The notes beneath the pieces were generated by a model. The model did no database searches. It was not told the origin of the DNA and saw only the letters and a program-made list of their open reading frames with translations. From Candidatus Limnocylindrales bacterium (lineage in GTDB: Bacteria > Chloroflexota > Limnocylindria > Limnocylindrales > CSP1-4): a DNA stretch of 63,021 nt. The DNA lies in contig DAITNC010000002.1 of assembly GCA_036834865.1 (NCBI GenBank), forward strand, positions 1-63,021. The letters are read 5' to 3'. A program made the translations under genes and the position numbers. Below, piece by piece: positions 35,293 through 45,425 of this stretch (position 1 is its first letter; each line of letters opens with the position of its first letter).

Positions 35293-36252
35293 CTACCCCT
35301 CCTCGCGGACGTACGGGACCCCGAGCGCGGCGGGCGCCCCGATCCGGCGCTGCGCCATCGTCGTGGACGCAACGGCGAGCACCACCACGGTCATGACGTA
35401 TGGGAGCGACGAGAAGAGCTCCGACGGGAGCTGTACGCCATTCGCCTGCAGGGTGAACCCGAGGCTGGAGAGCGCGCCGAACAGGTAGGCGCCCACCACG
35501 AGCAGGCCGGGTCTCCAGAACGCGAAGATCACGAGTGCAATCGCGATCCACCCCGCCCCTGCCGTGAGGCCGTCCGTCCAGATCGGCGCGATCGCAAGCG
35601 TGAAGTAGGCGCCGCCGAGTCCGGCGAACGCGCCGCCGACGATCGTGTGCACGTAGCGATACCGGCTGACGTTGATCCCCATCGCATCCGCCGAACGGGG
35701 CGACTCGCCGACCGCCCGCAGGTAGAGCCCGAAGCGCGTGCGGTACAGGTAGTACGTGACGAGCGCCACGAGCCCCCATGAGGCATACACGAATGCGTCC
35801 TGGTTGAACAGGATCGGGCCGACGATCGGCACGCCCGAGAGACCGAGCACGTCGAGCTTGACCAGCTGGTGGAGGCCGTGCTGCCCACCGACGCCCCAGA
35901 CGTGCCCGGCATATGACGAAAGCCCGATCGTCCCGGCGAAGATCGTCAGCGCCAGCCCGGACACGATCTGGTTCACCCGGACCGTGATCGACAGGAACGC
36001 GTGGATGAGGGCGAGAGCCGCTCCGGCCGCGGCGGCCGCGACGATGGCCGCGATGAGGACCGCCCAGCCGGGCCCGGGGAGCACCTGCGAGGCGAAGAAG
36101 GCCGTGACGGCGCCGATCAGCATCATCCCCTCGACCCCGAGGTTCAGGACGCCGGAGCGCTCGGCGAGCAGCTCGCCGAGACCCGCGAGCACCAGCGGCG
36201 TTCCGTAGGCGATCGCCGAGACCGCGACCGAGACGACGACATCGACGTTCAT
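35293..36252 (-). CDS. ABC transporter permease (nucleoside/BMP-type, NupQ-like)
   Basis: 319 aa, about 9 TM helices. GLGELLAERSGVLNLGVEGMM is the typical start of RbsC/BPD_transp_2 permeases. 4-nt overlap with the upstream permease. Confidence 0.85.
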   Translation of the reverse strand: MNVDVVVSVAVSAIAYGTPLVLAGLGELLAERSGVLNLGVEGMMLIGAVTAFFASQVLPGPGWAVLIAAIVAAAAAGAALALIHAFLSITVRVNQIVSGLALTIFAGTIGLSSYAGHVWGVGGQHGLHQLVKLDVLGLSGVPIVGPILFNQDAFVYASWGLVALVTYYLYRTRFGLYLRAVGESPRSADAMGINVSRYRYVHTIVGGAFAGLGGAYFTLAIAPIWTDGLTAGAGWIAIALVIFAFWRPGLLVVGAYLFGALSSLGFTLQANGVQLPSELFSSLPYVMTVVVLAVASTTMAQRRIGAPAALGVPYVREEG

Positions 36253-37382
36253 CGGGCCACCTCGGCTCCGGCCTCATCGTCCACGCTGGGGGCGGGCTCC
36301 GGGGCACGGCCGAACCGGATCCGGTAGCGACCCAGGAACTCCCCACCGAGCACGCTGAACAGGATGATGCCCTCCATCGTCCCGACCAGGCCGATCGGGA
36401 ACGTGGGCCCCTGCAGGGCGAACCCGGCGTTTGTCAGCGCGCCGATCAGGATCGAGACGATCACGACCGCCAGCGGGTTGTACATCGCCAGCGCGGCCAC
36501 GACGATCCCCGTGTACCCGTAGCCCGCCTGCTGAAGCCCGCGCGGGTCGAGCACGTGCCCGAAGTCGCCGATCTGGCTTGCGCCGCCAAGCCCGGCCATG
36601 GCGCCGGACAGGGCCATCACCGTGACGATCGTGCGCCTCGTGCGCATACCGGCGTAGTTCGCGGCCGCGCTCGAGTCGCCCATCACGCGCATCTCGAATC
36701 CGAAGCGGGTGAAGCGGATCAGTGCCAGCAGGGCGACCGCGAACACGCCTCCGGCGATGAACCCGAAAGGCATCGTGAACGACCCGAAGACAATCCCGGG
36801 CCAATCGGCAGCCGGCAGCAGGTCCTTGCCCTGCGGGAAGACGAGCGCGCTCGCCGAGGTCGTGTCGCGCCAGTAGGAGGTGCTGTCGTAGATGAGGTAG
36901 TACATGAACAGGCCGGCGACGTAGTTGAGCATCAGGGAGACCAGAATCTCGTTGGTGCGGAGGTAGGCCCGCAGCAGGCCCGGAATCATCGCCCAGAGAA
37001 GGCCGGCCAGTGCTCCACCCAGCATCATCATCAGGATCAGCAGCGGCTGCGGCCATCCGCCCAGCAGGAGGCCAACGCCGGAGGCGCCGACGGCGCCCAT
37101 GTAGAGTTGACCTTCGCCGCCGATGTTCCACACGCGCATCCGGAAGGCGAGCGCCACGGCCAGGCCGGTGAACAGGAGAGGCGTCGCGTACACAAAGGTC
37201 GCCGTCAACGCTCCCGCCGACGTGAACGAGGCGTCGTAGATCTGCTGGTAGGTGCCGATCGGGTCGTGCCCCGAGACCGCGAGCACGATGCCGGCGATGA
37301 TCGACGCGATGAAGAGCGAAGCGATCGGCAGCGCGATTCGCTGCCACCTCGGGGTGACGAGGCTGCGCTCGATGCTGATCAT
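36249..37382 (-). CDS. ABC transporter permease (nucleoside/BMP-type, NupP-like)
   Basis: 377 aa polytopic protein with FRMRVWNIGGEGQLYMGA. Overlaps the ATPase stop by 4 nt. Confidence 0.85.
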   Translation of the reverse strand: MISIERSLVTPRWQRIALPIASLFIASIIAGIVLAVSGHDPIGTYQQIYDASFTSAGALTATFVYATPLLFTGLAVALAFRMRVWNIGGEGQLYMGAVGASGVGLLLGGWPQPLLILMMMLGGALAGLLWAMIPGLLRAYLRTNEILVSLMLNYVAGLFMYYLIYDSTSYWRDTTSASALVFPQGKDLLPAADWPGIVFGSFTMPFGFIAGGVFAVALLALIRFTRFGFEMRVMGDSSAAANYAGMRTRRTIVTVMALSGAMAGLGGASQIGDFGHVLDPRGLQQAGYGYTGIVVAALAMYNPLAVVIVSILIGALTNAGFALQGPTFPIGLVGTMEGIILFSVLGGEFLGRYRIRFGRAPEPAPSVDDEAGAEVAR

Positions 37383-38968
37383 GATGTCGCCCCGGCCATC
37401 ATCAGGCCGAGCTGCTCGTAGCTCGCAGTGGCCGCATCGACGACGCCTACCACCCGGCCTTCGTAGAGGACCGCGATCCGGTCGGACAGCTCGACGATCT
37501 CGTCGAGATCCTCGCTGATCAGCATGATGGCGGCCCCCTGCTTCGCAGCATCGACCAGCACGCTTCGGACGTACTCGGTGGCGCCGACGTCAAGCCCGCG
37601 CGTGGGTGAGGCCGCAATCACGAGGCGCGGTCCGGACGACAGCTCGCGGGCCAGGACGACCTTCTGGACGTTGCCCCCCGAGAGCTGGCGAACAAGCGTG
37701 CGGGGGCTGGGCGCACGGATGTCGAAGCGCGCCATGAGCGCGGTTGCCTGCGCCTCCGCCTGCCGCATCAGGAGCATGGGCCCGGCATGCGGGCTGCTGC
37801 TCCGGTAGGACTTCAGGATCAGGTTCTCGGCCACGGACAGGTTCGGCGACACGCCGGTCCCCATGCGATCCTCGGGGATGTTGGCCACGCCCCGGTTGAT
37901 GGCGTCCCGGGGATCGCCGGAAACCACGTTCTCGCCGCCGATCCGGATCGTCCCCCGGCTGAACGGCCGAAGCCCGGCCACGACCTCGGCGAGCTCGCGC
38001 TGCCCGTTCCCGGACACCCCCGCGATCCCGAGGATCTCGCCGGCGCTGATGGCCAGCGAGAGGTCCTTCAGCGCATCGATCCCGAAGTCCCCCCGGACGT
38101 GTACGCCGTCCAGGGCGAGCACGGGCGGTACTGCAGGTGCCGGCTCGGATTCGACGCTGGTCGCCCGAGGATGCACGTCGAACGACATCTCGTGGCCGAC
38201 CATCAGCCGGGCAAGCTGTCGCGCGTCCGTCTCGGCGATCTCGAGCGTGCTCATGGAGCGGCCCCTGCGCAGGATCGTCGTCCGATCGGCGATCGCGAAG
38301 ACTTCCGGCAGCTTGTGGGAGATGAAGATCACGGTGCGGCCGCCGGCGACCATCTCCCGCACGCTGGAGAACAGCTGCTCGATCTCCGACGGGGTCAGGA
38401 CGGTTGTCGGCTCGTCGAGGATCAGGATGCTCGCGCCCCGGTAGAGCGCTTTCAGGATGTCGACCCGCTGGCGCTCGCCGAGCGACAGCTGCCAGATCCT
38501 GGCCCTCGGGTCGACGGCCATCTGGTAGCGCGAGGCGATCTCTTCGATCTCGGCCTCGACGGTGCGGGCGGAGAAGCCCAGGCCGCCGTGACGCGACCAG
38601 CCCAGCACGACGTTCTCCGCGACCGTCAGGCTGTCGACCAGGCTCAGGTGCTGGTGGACCATGAAGATCCCCGCCGCCTGGGCCTCGTGCGGAGAGTGCA
38701 GGCGGACCGGATTGCCGTTGACGCGGACCTCGCCCTCGTCCGGCCGGTACAACCCGGTGAGGATGTTGCAGAGCGTGGTCTTGCCGGCGCCGTTCTCCCC
38801 CAGCAGCGCGTGCACTTCGCCCTGTCGCGCCTCGAACGAGACGCGGTCGTTGGCGACCACACCACCCGCGAAGCGTTTGGTGACGCCGACAGCCGCCACC
38901 GCCGGGGGTGAGCCGGCGGTGGCGGATTCTGCGGATGCGGCGCTCACTCGGTCGGCGCGGCTGTCCAA
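37379..38968 (-). CDS. ABC transporter ATP-binding protein, duplicated ATPase (NupO/RbsA-like)
   Basis: First half: GENGAGKTTL, LSLGERQRVDILKAL and ILILDEPT. Second half: GVSGNGQRE, LSGGNVQKVVLAREL and ASPTRGLDV. Confidence 0.9.
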   Translation of the reverse strand: MDSRADRVSAASAESATAGSPPAVAAVGVTKRFAGGVVANDRVSFEARQGEVHALLGENGAGKTTLCNILTGLYRPDEGEVRVNGNPVRLHSPHEAQAAGIFMVHQHLSLVDSLTVAENVVLGWSRHGGLGFSARTVEAEIEEIASRYQMAVDPRARIWQLSLGERQRVDILKALYRGASILILDEPTTVLTPSEIEQLFSSVREMVAGGRTVIFISHKLPEVFAIADRTTILRRGRSMSTLEIAETDARQLARLMVGHEMSFDVHPRATSVESEPAPAVPPVLALDGVHVRGDFGIDALKDLSLAISAGEILGIAGVSGNGQRELAEVVAGLRPFSRGTIRIGGENVVSGDPRDAINRGVANIPEDRMGTGVSPNLSVAENLILKSYRSSSPHAGPMLLMRQAEAQATALMARFDIRAPSPRTLVRQLSGGNVQKVVLARELSSGPRLVIAASPTRGLDVGATEYVRSVLVDAAKQGAAIMLISEDLDEIVELSDRIAVLYEGRVVGVVDAATASYEQLGLMMAGATS

Positions 38969-39012
38969 CGTCGCTCCATCGCGAGGGAGCTCTCAGGTTC
39001 TCGAGGTTCGGC

Positions 39013-40227
39013 TCAGCCCTTTGCGCTGCCGATGACGCCCTGCACGAACCAGCTGATCGCGTACTTGTCCGCGACCGTCAAGGTCGTTCCGGCGGGGACG
39101 CCGACGGACCCGTCCTGCTTCGTGATCGGACCCGTGAACGGGTTGAAGGTGCCGGCCTTGATCGCGGCTTCCTTGGCCGTGATCGCCGCCTGGGTTGCCG
39201 CGTCGACCGACTTGCCGAAGGGGGCCATGACCACGAACCCGTCGGCGAGCCCGCCGTAGTAGAACTGGCTCTTCCACGTGCCGTTCATCGCGGCGGCGAC
39301 TTCCTGGGTGTAGTACGGGCCCCAGTTGTACGTCGTGGCCGTCAACCAGGCATCGGGCGCGAACGAGGTCTGGTCGGAGTCATAGCCGGTCCACTTCAGG
39401 CCCGCGGCTGCGGCGACCTGGCCGGTCGTCGGGCTGTCCTGGCCGTCGCCGAGCACGTCCACGCCGGCGGCGACGAGGCTCTCCGCGGCCGAGCGCTCGG
39501 TGGCGGGCGCGAACCACGTGTTCGTCCACACGACCTTGACCGTCGCGCTGGGATTCGTCAGCCGGGCACCCATCGTGAAGGCGTCGATCTCGCGGATGAC
39601 CTCGGGGATCGCGAACGGGGCGACGAAGCCGATCTTGCCGGTCTTCGACGCGGCCCCGGCCGCCATCCCGGAGAGGTAGTCCCCGTCCTCACCGGCACCG
39701 TAGTACTCGGAGAGGTTGGTGGCCATCTCGGTACCGGTTGCCTGCTCGAACAGCACGTTGGGGTACTGCTTGGCGGCCGCGACCATCGCGTCCTGGTACC
39801 CGAACGAGGTGGCGAAGATGATGTTCGCGCCCTGGTTCACGAGCTGCGTGATGACCTGGCTGGTCTGGGGGCCTTCCGGCACGTTCTCCTTGAACATCGT
39901 CTGAACGCGCCCGCCGAAGGAGCTCTCCATCGCGAGGCGGCCCACGTCATGGGCGTGCGTCCAGCCGGCGTCGCTGGCGGCGCCCACGTAGATGAACGCA
40001 GCCTTGAACGGGTTGCTGGTGGTCCACTGGCTGCCGGCCGTCGACGCCGCGGCCGAAGCCGCAGGAGCCGATGACGGCGCTGCCGACGCCGCAGCGGACG
40101 CTGCCGGAGCCGCCGAGGCCGGGGCTGCCGACGGCGCCGCCGTCGACGCCGAGCCGCACGCTGCCACGAGCACCGTGACCAACCCCACCACGAACGAGAA
40201 CCGGGCGCTGCGCCTTGCTCCAATCAC
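39013..40227 (-). CDS. BMP family (basic membrane protein / PnrA-NupN-like) substrate-binding lipoprotein
   Basis: GTG at 40227 lies 7 nt after AGGAGG. Lipobox LVAACGS and an Ala/Ser linker, then FKAAFIYVGAASDAGWTHAHD..FATSFGY..KIGFVAPFAIPEV. The gene order (lipoprotein, ATPase, two permeases) matches B. subtilis nupNOPQ. Confidence 0.85.
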   Translation of the reverse strand: MIGARRSARFSFVVGLVTVLVAACGSASTAAPSAAPASAAPAASAAASAAPSSAPAASAAASTAGSQWTTSNPFKAAFIYVGAASDAGWTHAHDVGRLAMESSFGGRVQTMFKENVPEGPQTSQVITQLVNQGANIIFATSFGYQDAMVAAAKQYPNVLFEQATGTEMATNLSEYYGAGEDGDYLSGMAAGAASKTGKIGFVAPFAIPEVIREIDAFTMGARLTNPSATVKVVWTNTWFAPATERSAAESLVAAGVDVLGDGQDSPTTGQVAAAAGLKWTGYDSDQTSFAPDAWLTATTYNWGPYYTQEVAAAMNGTWKSQFYYGGLADGFVVMAPFGKSVDAATQAAITAKEAAIKAGTFNPFTGPITKQDGSVGVPAGTTLTVADKYAISWFVQGVIGSAKG

Positions 40228-40266
40228 AGGACTGCCTCCTCGCTTGCCAATCGTCACGAACGTTCC

Positions 40267-40324
40267 GAGTGCCCTGCCACGGCACTCCCTCGTCGAGTGG
40301 GCACGAGAGGTCCCGGGCGGGACC
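40267..40324 (-). other. Three consecutive GC-rich stem-loops in the 5-prime leader of the BMP/ABC operon
   Basis: In plus coordinates: GAGTGCC (40267-73) pairs with GGCACTC (40281-87). CTCGT (40289-93) pairs with ACGAG (40303-07). GGTCCCG (40309-15) pairs with CGGGACC (40318-24). All lie 40-100 nt upstream of the GTG at 40227. Confidence 0.4.
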
Positions 40325-40592
40325 TCATGCGGACCATCCAGCCGCCATTCAACGGCAACGCTCCTCCTGGCCAACGGGATCCCGCTCGCGGAGTCGGCTG
40401 GCCATCCTTCGTCCTCTCCTCCGTGCGTCACGGGGCCCGGCGGACGACCGCTGGTCGCGCGACAGGGGACGCGCCTGCCGCGCGCAACGGGTCCTGTCCC
40501 GGGGTGCGCGCGCGCCCCAAGGATAGCCGCCGGCGACCCGGCGGATGGGCCGTCGGCGTCGGGACGCCTCGCATTCCGGTACCCTTCCGCGG

Positions 40593-41882
40593 ATGTTCGA
40601 ACGAACCGCGTTGCCTGCCGGGCCGCGCGTCATCACCGCACGGCTGCGGGGTGCCCGCTCATTCACCGTGGAGGCGCATGTCCTGGCGGGCTCGCGCCAC
40701 GAAGCGCCGGGGCAGGCCGGCTGCGCCCATTTCATGGAGCACCTGACGTTCAAGGGCACGCGGGCCTACCCGACAACGCGGGCCCTCTCCGAGGCGGTCG
40801 AGGGCCTGGGCGGCACGTTCAACGCGTCGACCGACCGCGAGTCCACCGTCTACTACGTCAGGGTCCCCGCCCGCCACGCGGCGACGGCGATGCAGGTCCT
40901 CGGCGAGCTCGTGGTCCGGCCGAACCTCGACGAGGCCGAGATCGAGAACGAGCGGGACGTCATCGTCGAGGAGATCCGCTCGTACCTCGACGACCCGGCC
41001 GAGCACGTGAACGTCCTGTTCGACCTCGCGATCTTCGACGACACGCCGCTGGGGCGCGAGATCGCCGGATCCGAGGAGAGCGTCCGAGGGCTCCCCGCGA
41101 ATGCCATCCACGAGTTCTGGCAGACGTATTACCAGCCGTCGAACGTCGTGGTCGCGGCCTCCGGCGACCTCCCCCACGAGCAGGTAGTGGGGTTGGCCGA
41201 GGGCGCCTTCGGCGCCGGCGGCGGACCCACCCCGGCGTTCCTGCCCGCGCCCGTCATCCCCGCCGGCGAGCGCACCCTGCGCGCGTCGCGGCCGTCCACG
41301 CAGGCGCAGCTGGTGCTTGGCGTCCCGGCGCTCCCGCGCGACGATCCCGGGCAGTGGACGCTCTCCGTCCTCAACGCGGTGCTCGGGGACGGGATGTCGA
41401 GCCGCCTGTTCCTGGAGGTTCGCGAGGAGCTGGGCCTTGCCTACGACGTGGGCAGCTCCATCGTGGGCTACAAGGATGCTGGGGTGCTTTCTGTCTACGC
41501 CGGCGTGGACCCGGGCCGCATCAGGCCCACGATCGCGGCCGTGCTCGCGGAGCTCGCCCGGCTCCGGGACGAGGACGTCACCGACGAGGAGATGGCCAAG
41601 GTGAAGGCATATCTCGCGGGCCGCCTGGAGGTGCGCCTGGACGAGACCCGCTACCTCGCCTCGTGGGTGGGCACGCAGGAGGCCCTCCACGATCGGGTCA
41701 TGACCCCCGACGAGGCGCTGGCCGCGATCGAAGCGGTGACCGTCACCGAGGTGAGGACGCTCGCCGGCTTGCTCTTCCGCGATGAGGCGCTCCGCCTGGC
41801 CGTGGTGGCCCCCGCGGGGAAGGGCCGCGCGCTGGAGTCGACCCTGCGGCTCCCCGTGCGCCGCTCGCGGTCCCGCCGATGA
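40593..41882 (+). CDS. M16 family (pitrilysin/insulinase-like) zinc peptidase
   Basis: GCAHFMEHLTFKGT (HxxEH inverted zincin motif), then ..NASTDRESTVYY. ATG at 40593 (MFERTALP). Confidence 0.85.
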   Translation: MFERTALPAGPRVITARLRGARSFTVEAHVLAGSRHEAPGQAGCAHFMEHLTFKGTRAYPTTRALSEAVEGLGGTFNASTDRESTVYYVRVPARHAATAMQVLGELVVRPNLDEAEIENERDVIVEEIRSYLDDPAEHVNVLFDLAIFDDTPLGREIAGSEESVRGLPANAIHEFWQTYYQPSNVVVAASGDLPHEQVVGLAEGAFGAGGGPTPAFLPAPVIPAGERTLRASRPSTQAQLVLGVPALPRDDPGQWTLSVLNAVLGDGMSSRLFLEVREELGLAYDVGSSIVGYKDAGVLSVYAGVDPGRIRPTIAAVLAELARLRDEDVTDEEMAKVKAYLAGRLEVRLDETRYLASWVGTQEALHDRVMTPDEALAAIEAVTVTEVRTLAGLLFRDEALRLAVVAPAGKGRALESTLRLPVRRSRSRR

Positions 41883-42784
41883 GCACGATGCCCGGGGTCT
41901 CGGGGGTCCCCGCCGGCGGGCTTGCACGCCTTCATCTTCGGACGGGCCTGCTGCGGCTCGCGCGCGTCGAGCTCGAGGAGCTGGCCGGCGAGGGCCGGCT
42001 CGACACGGACGGGATCCTGGACCTGGCCGAGGCGCGCTGGAGGACGGGCGACCTGCGCGGAGCGGCCGAGGCAGCCGGCGCCTGGCTCGACGCCGGGGTG
42101 CCCGCGCTGGTCACGGCCACTGGCGCCGGGGCCGAAGGGCGCGGCCGCGCCCTGGCCCACGCCGTGATCGCCGATGGGCTGACGATCCGCGGCCGCGACG
42201 ACGACGCCGCTGCCCACGTGGCCGCCGCCCTCGACGCGCTGGCGACAGGGTCCGGCGGGCCGACGGCGGCCGCGCTCGACGCGCTGTTCGCGGGAATCCG
42301 GCCGCGAGCGGACGCCTGGCCGAGCTTCGGCACGGGCGCCGCCGACGCGGGCCCGGCGGAGGCCGTGGCCGCCGACGTCCACGCCTCGCGCGTCTTCGGC
42401 CCCGCCGCCGACGGGGTCGCGAACGATCCCATCGCGGCCGCCGACGAGCGACTCCGCGCGGGCGACGAGGTCGCCGCCGCCGTCCTGCTCATGCTCGCGC
42501 TTCGCGTCGCCCCGAGCCACGCGGGGGAGGTCCTCCAGCGCGCCGATGCCGCGCTCCTCGAGCACCCTGGCGCGCCCCTTCTCCTCGCGAGGGCCGAGGC
42601 TCTCCGCGCCCTGGGCCGTCACGAAGAGGCCGGCATCGCCTACGCTGTCGCCGACGCGCGCGCCCGTGGCGGCGCGCCCGACGCATCACCGGTGGGCGGG
42701 GCGGTCGCGCTCGATCCCACCGATGGGCGCGGGAACGCGCCCGACGCGCCCATCACCCCTGATCGCCAACGGAGTCCCCGATGA
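41879..42784 (+). CDS. Ala-rich hypothetical protein (helical-repeat/TPR-like?)
   Basis: ATGA overlaps at both ends (41879 with the M16 gene, 42781 with ndk) argue it is translated. Low-complexity Ala/Asp/Arg composition. No motif recognised. Confidence 0.5.
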   Translation: MSTMPGVSGVPAGGLARLHLRTGLLRLARVELEELAGEGRLDTDGILDLAEARWRTGDLRGAAEAAGAWLDAGVPALVTATGAGAEGRGRALAHAVIADGLTIRGRDDDAAAHVAAALDALATGSGGPTAAALDALFAGIRPRADAWPSFGTGAADAGPAEAVAADVHASRVFGPAADGVANDPIAAADERLRAGDEVAAAVLLMLALRVAPSHAGEVLQRADAALLEHPGAPLLLARAEALRALGRHEEAGIAYAVADARARGGAPDASPVGGAVALDPTDGRGNAPDAPITPDRQRSPR

Positions 42785-43239
42785 CCGAACGCAGCCTCGT
42801 CCTCATCAAGCCGGATGGCGTCCAGCGCCTGCTGGTCGGCCGCGTCATCTCCCGCCTCGAAGACCGCGGCCTGAAGCTCGTCGGCCTCAAGCTCCTGCAG
42901 GTGTCGCGCGAGCTCGCGGAGCAGCACTACGCGATCCATCGAGACAAGCCGTTCTTCGCCGGGCTGGTCGCCTTCATCACCTCGAGCCCGCTCGTGGCGA
43001 TGGCGGTCGAGGGCCCGACCGCGATCTCCATCGTCCGGTCCATGGTCGGCGCGACGCGGCCGTGGGAGGCCGCCCCGGGCACCATCCGCGGCGACTTCGC
43101 GCTGGAAGTCGCCCAGAACCTGATCCACGCCTCCGACGGGCCGGAGACCGCGGAGGCCGAGCTGCAGCTCTGGTTTCCCGAGGGAACGCTGGAGTACGCT
43201 CGCGAGATCGATCGATGGGCGCTCGCCCCCGCGGGCTGA
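42781..43239 (+). CDS. ndk: Nucleoside diphosphate kinase
   Basis: Motifs [37 protein letters not shown] and NLIHASD (catalytic His) are present. Confidence 0.95.
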   Translation: MTERSLVLIKPDGVQRLLVGRVISRLEDRGLKLVGLKLLQVSRELAEQHYAIHRDKPFFAGLVAFITSSPLVAMAVEGPTAISIVRSMVGATRPWEAAPGTIRGDFALEVAQNLIHASDGPETAEAELQLWFPEGTLEYAREIDRWALAPAG

Positions 43240-44787
43240 TCAGCCGCCGACGATCGGGGACGGCGACGGGAGCAGGGGCCCGGCGGCCCGCGCCGCCGCG
43301 TCGATCCCGAACGCACCGCCGGCCGCGAGGAGCGCCAGCCCCGCCAGCAGGATGACCGCGAGAGCGCGCAGCGGGACGCGGTTGAGCGCCAGGGAGGGAC
43401 CCACGCGACGGCCGGCAGCGGCCGTGAGCGTGCCGAGCCGCCCGGCGAAGGCTCGCGATGCCGCGCGCGCGCCAGCCCGGGGAGCTCCGCCGGGCGCCGC
43501 GGCCGTGGCTTCGACCGCCGTCCCTGCCGGGAAGCGGGGCAGCTCGCCGGGCGCGCCGACCACGACCGCGGACGGACGGCCCGCACCGACGACGAGGAGG
43601 CGGCAGATGGCGGCGCCCGTTCCCAGCGATCCCGCGAAGGCGAGGAGGAATGCCGGCCCGGCCGTCCCGGCATGCAGGATGGCGAGGCGTGCGTCCCACC
43701 CGAGCAGGCCCGGCCAGCCGACCACCGCCACGAGGATCCCGGCGAGGGCGACACCGAGGGCCGGCGCACGGCGCAGCCATCCGGCCGTGTCGCGAAGGCG
43801 GCCGGTCCCGAACACGGCCCGGAAAGCGATGGTCCAGCCGATCATGGCCGTCCTCGTGGTGGCGAAGACGAGCACCCAGGCGCGGGCTGCGTCGCGAGCC
43901 GCGGGATCGAGCGCCGCGAGGGCGAGGAGCGCGACGCCGGCATCGGTGACGATCGTGTAGGCGACCACGTGCTCAACCTCGTCCTGGATGAGCGCGGCAA
44001 CCGCTCCGAGCGCCAGGGTCGCGAGCGCGAGCGCGACGACGAGGCCCCGTTCGAGGCCCAGGTCGGCTGCGGCCGGGCCGAGCGCAGCCGGCGCCCAGCC
44101 CAGGATGACCAGGCCCCACGTGGCCGGGAGCCAGGCTGCCAGGATCGGCAGGGCTCCCGAAGGAGCCGCGTCCGCCAGGCGGGAGACCCGCGCGTGGAGC
44201 GGGATCGCCCCGAAGCGGTGCGCCAGGACCAGCGCCATCCCGGCGAGCACGAGACCGGCCGCCCCGGCCTCGGCGGGGACGCCACCCGCCGCCGCGGGAG
44301 CGATCCCGGCGGCCACGAGGCCGACGACAAGACTCGTCGTGGCGCCGCGCAGCTCCCGCGCCAGGGCCCGGACCCGGGACGGCGCGGCAGGGCTCCCGAG
44401 CGCGAGCGCGCTGGCCACGATCGTGGCGGCGGCCGCGGCAAGCAGGCTCGGCGGCGTGCCCGAAAGGCCCAGGGCCAGGCCGATGCCCGCCGCCCCACCC
44501 AGGAGCGTGCCCGGCGCGGACGGCTGCCACGTCGCGAGGCGGGCGACGACCAGGACAAGGAGCCCTCCGCCAAGGGTGAGGGCCAGGACCAGGCGGAGAT
44601 GGTCGCTCCCGGCGAGCGCACCGCCCCCGATGGTGATCGGGGTGTCGGGCCCGATGAGGCCGGCGGCGGCAAGCGCGACGATCACGGCACCCATGCCGGC
44701 GAGCGTCCCCAATCGGCGCCTGTCGCGAAGGACGGTCGCGATCACCGTTCCCAGGATCGCCGCGACAAGGAAGGGGAGCACGCTCAT
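43240..44787 (-). CDS. Polytopic membrane protein, degenerate NuoL/M/N-Mrp antiporter-like
   Basis: 515 aa, about 14 TM helices. [29 protein letters not shown] resembles [40 protein letters not shown] resembles TQTDLKRLLAYSS. The Lys positions I remember as conserved are replaced. The family call is tentative. Confidence 0.5.
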   Translation of the reverse strand: [515 protein letters not shown]

Positions 44788-45425
44788 GGAAGCTCGCCGC
44801 CGGCGCGGGTTGCCGCCGCCCGGTGACCGGGGACGTCGTCCGCGATGACCGTCCCGCCGGTCGCCGCCATCGCGCCACCGGCGACCACGGCCACGGCCGC
44901 CGCGAGGGCGACCATCGCGATCCCGGCGGCGATGGCGGTGAGCGGCTCCGGCGTGCCGGCGAGCGCGGCAAGCATCAACGTCGCGCTGCCGACCAGCACG
45001 AGCAGCCCCGAGCCCAGGCGCATCACGTCGTGGGTGACGGCGATCGGCGCGACGGCCACGGCAAGGGCCGCCATGCCCGCTGCCAGCGCCGCATCGGGGC
45101 CCAGGCGGGGCAGCGCGACCGCTGTCGCGCCGATGCCGACCGCGAAACCGGCGGCGGCTGCGCCGAGCGTGGCGGGGAGGCCCAGCGGCGGCCCGGCGCC
45201 GTCGGGAGCGCGACGCGCCGCGACGAAGACGAGGAACCCGGCAAGGATGCCGGCGATGACCCCGAACGCGAGCGGCAGAGAGGCCGGCAGGGGATCAGCC
45301 ACGAAGGGCACCGCAGCCAGCATGCCGGCAACGCCCAGCGAGGCGATCCGGGCGTCGCGCGCCCCTGTCGCGACCGCCGCTCCGATGGCGACGAGGGCGC
45401 CGGCGGCGAACAGGAGCGGGGTCAC
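44784..45425 (-). CDS. Hydrophobic Ala/Gly-rich membrane protein (213 aa, ~6 TM)
   Basis: 4-nt overlaps with the lepB stop (45422-45425) and the downstream gene start (44784-44787). No motif recognised. Confidence 0.5.
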   Translation of the reverse strand: MTPLLFAAGALVAIGAAVATGARDARIASLGVAGMLAAVPFVADPLPASLPLAFGVIAGILAGFLVFVAARRAPDGAGPPLGLPATLGAAAAGFAVGIGATAVALPRLGPDAALAAGMAALAVAVAPIAVTHDVMRLGSGLLVLVGSATLMLAALAGTPEPLTAIAAGIAMVALAAAVAVVAGGAMAATGGTVIADDVPGHRAAATRAGGELP

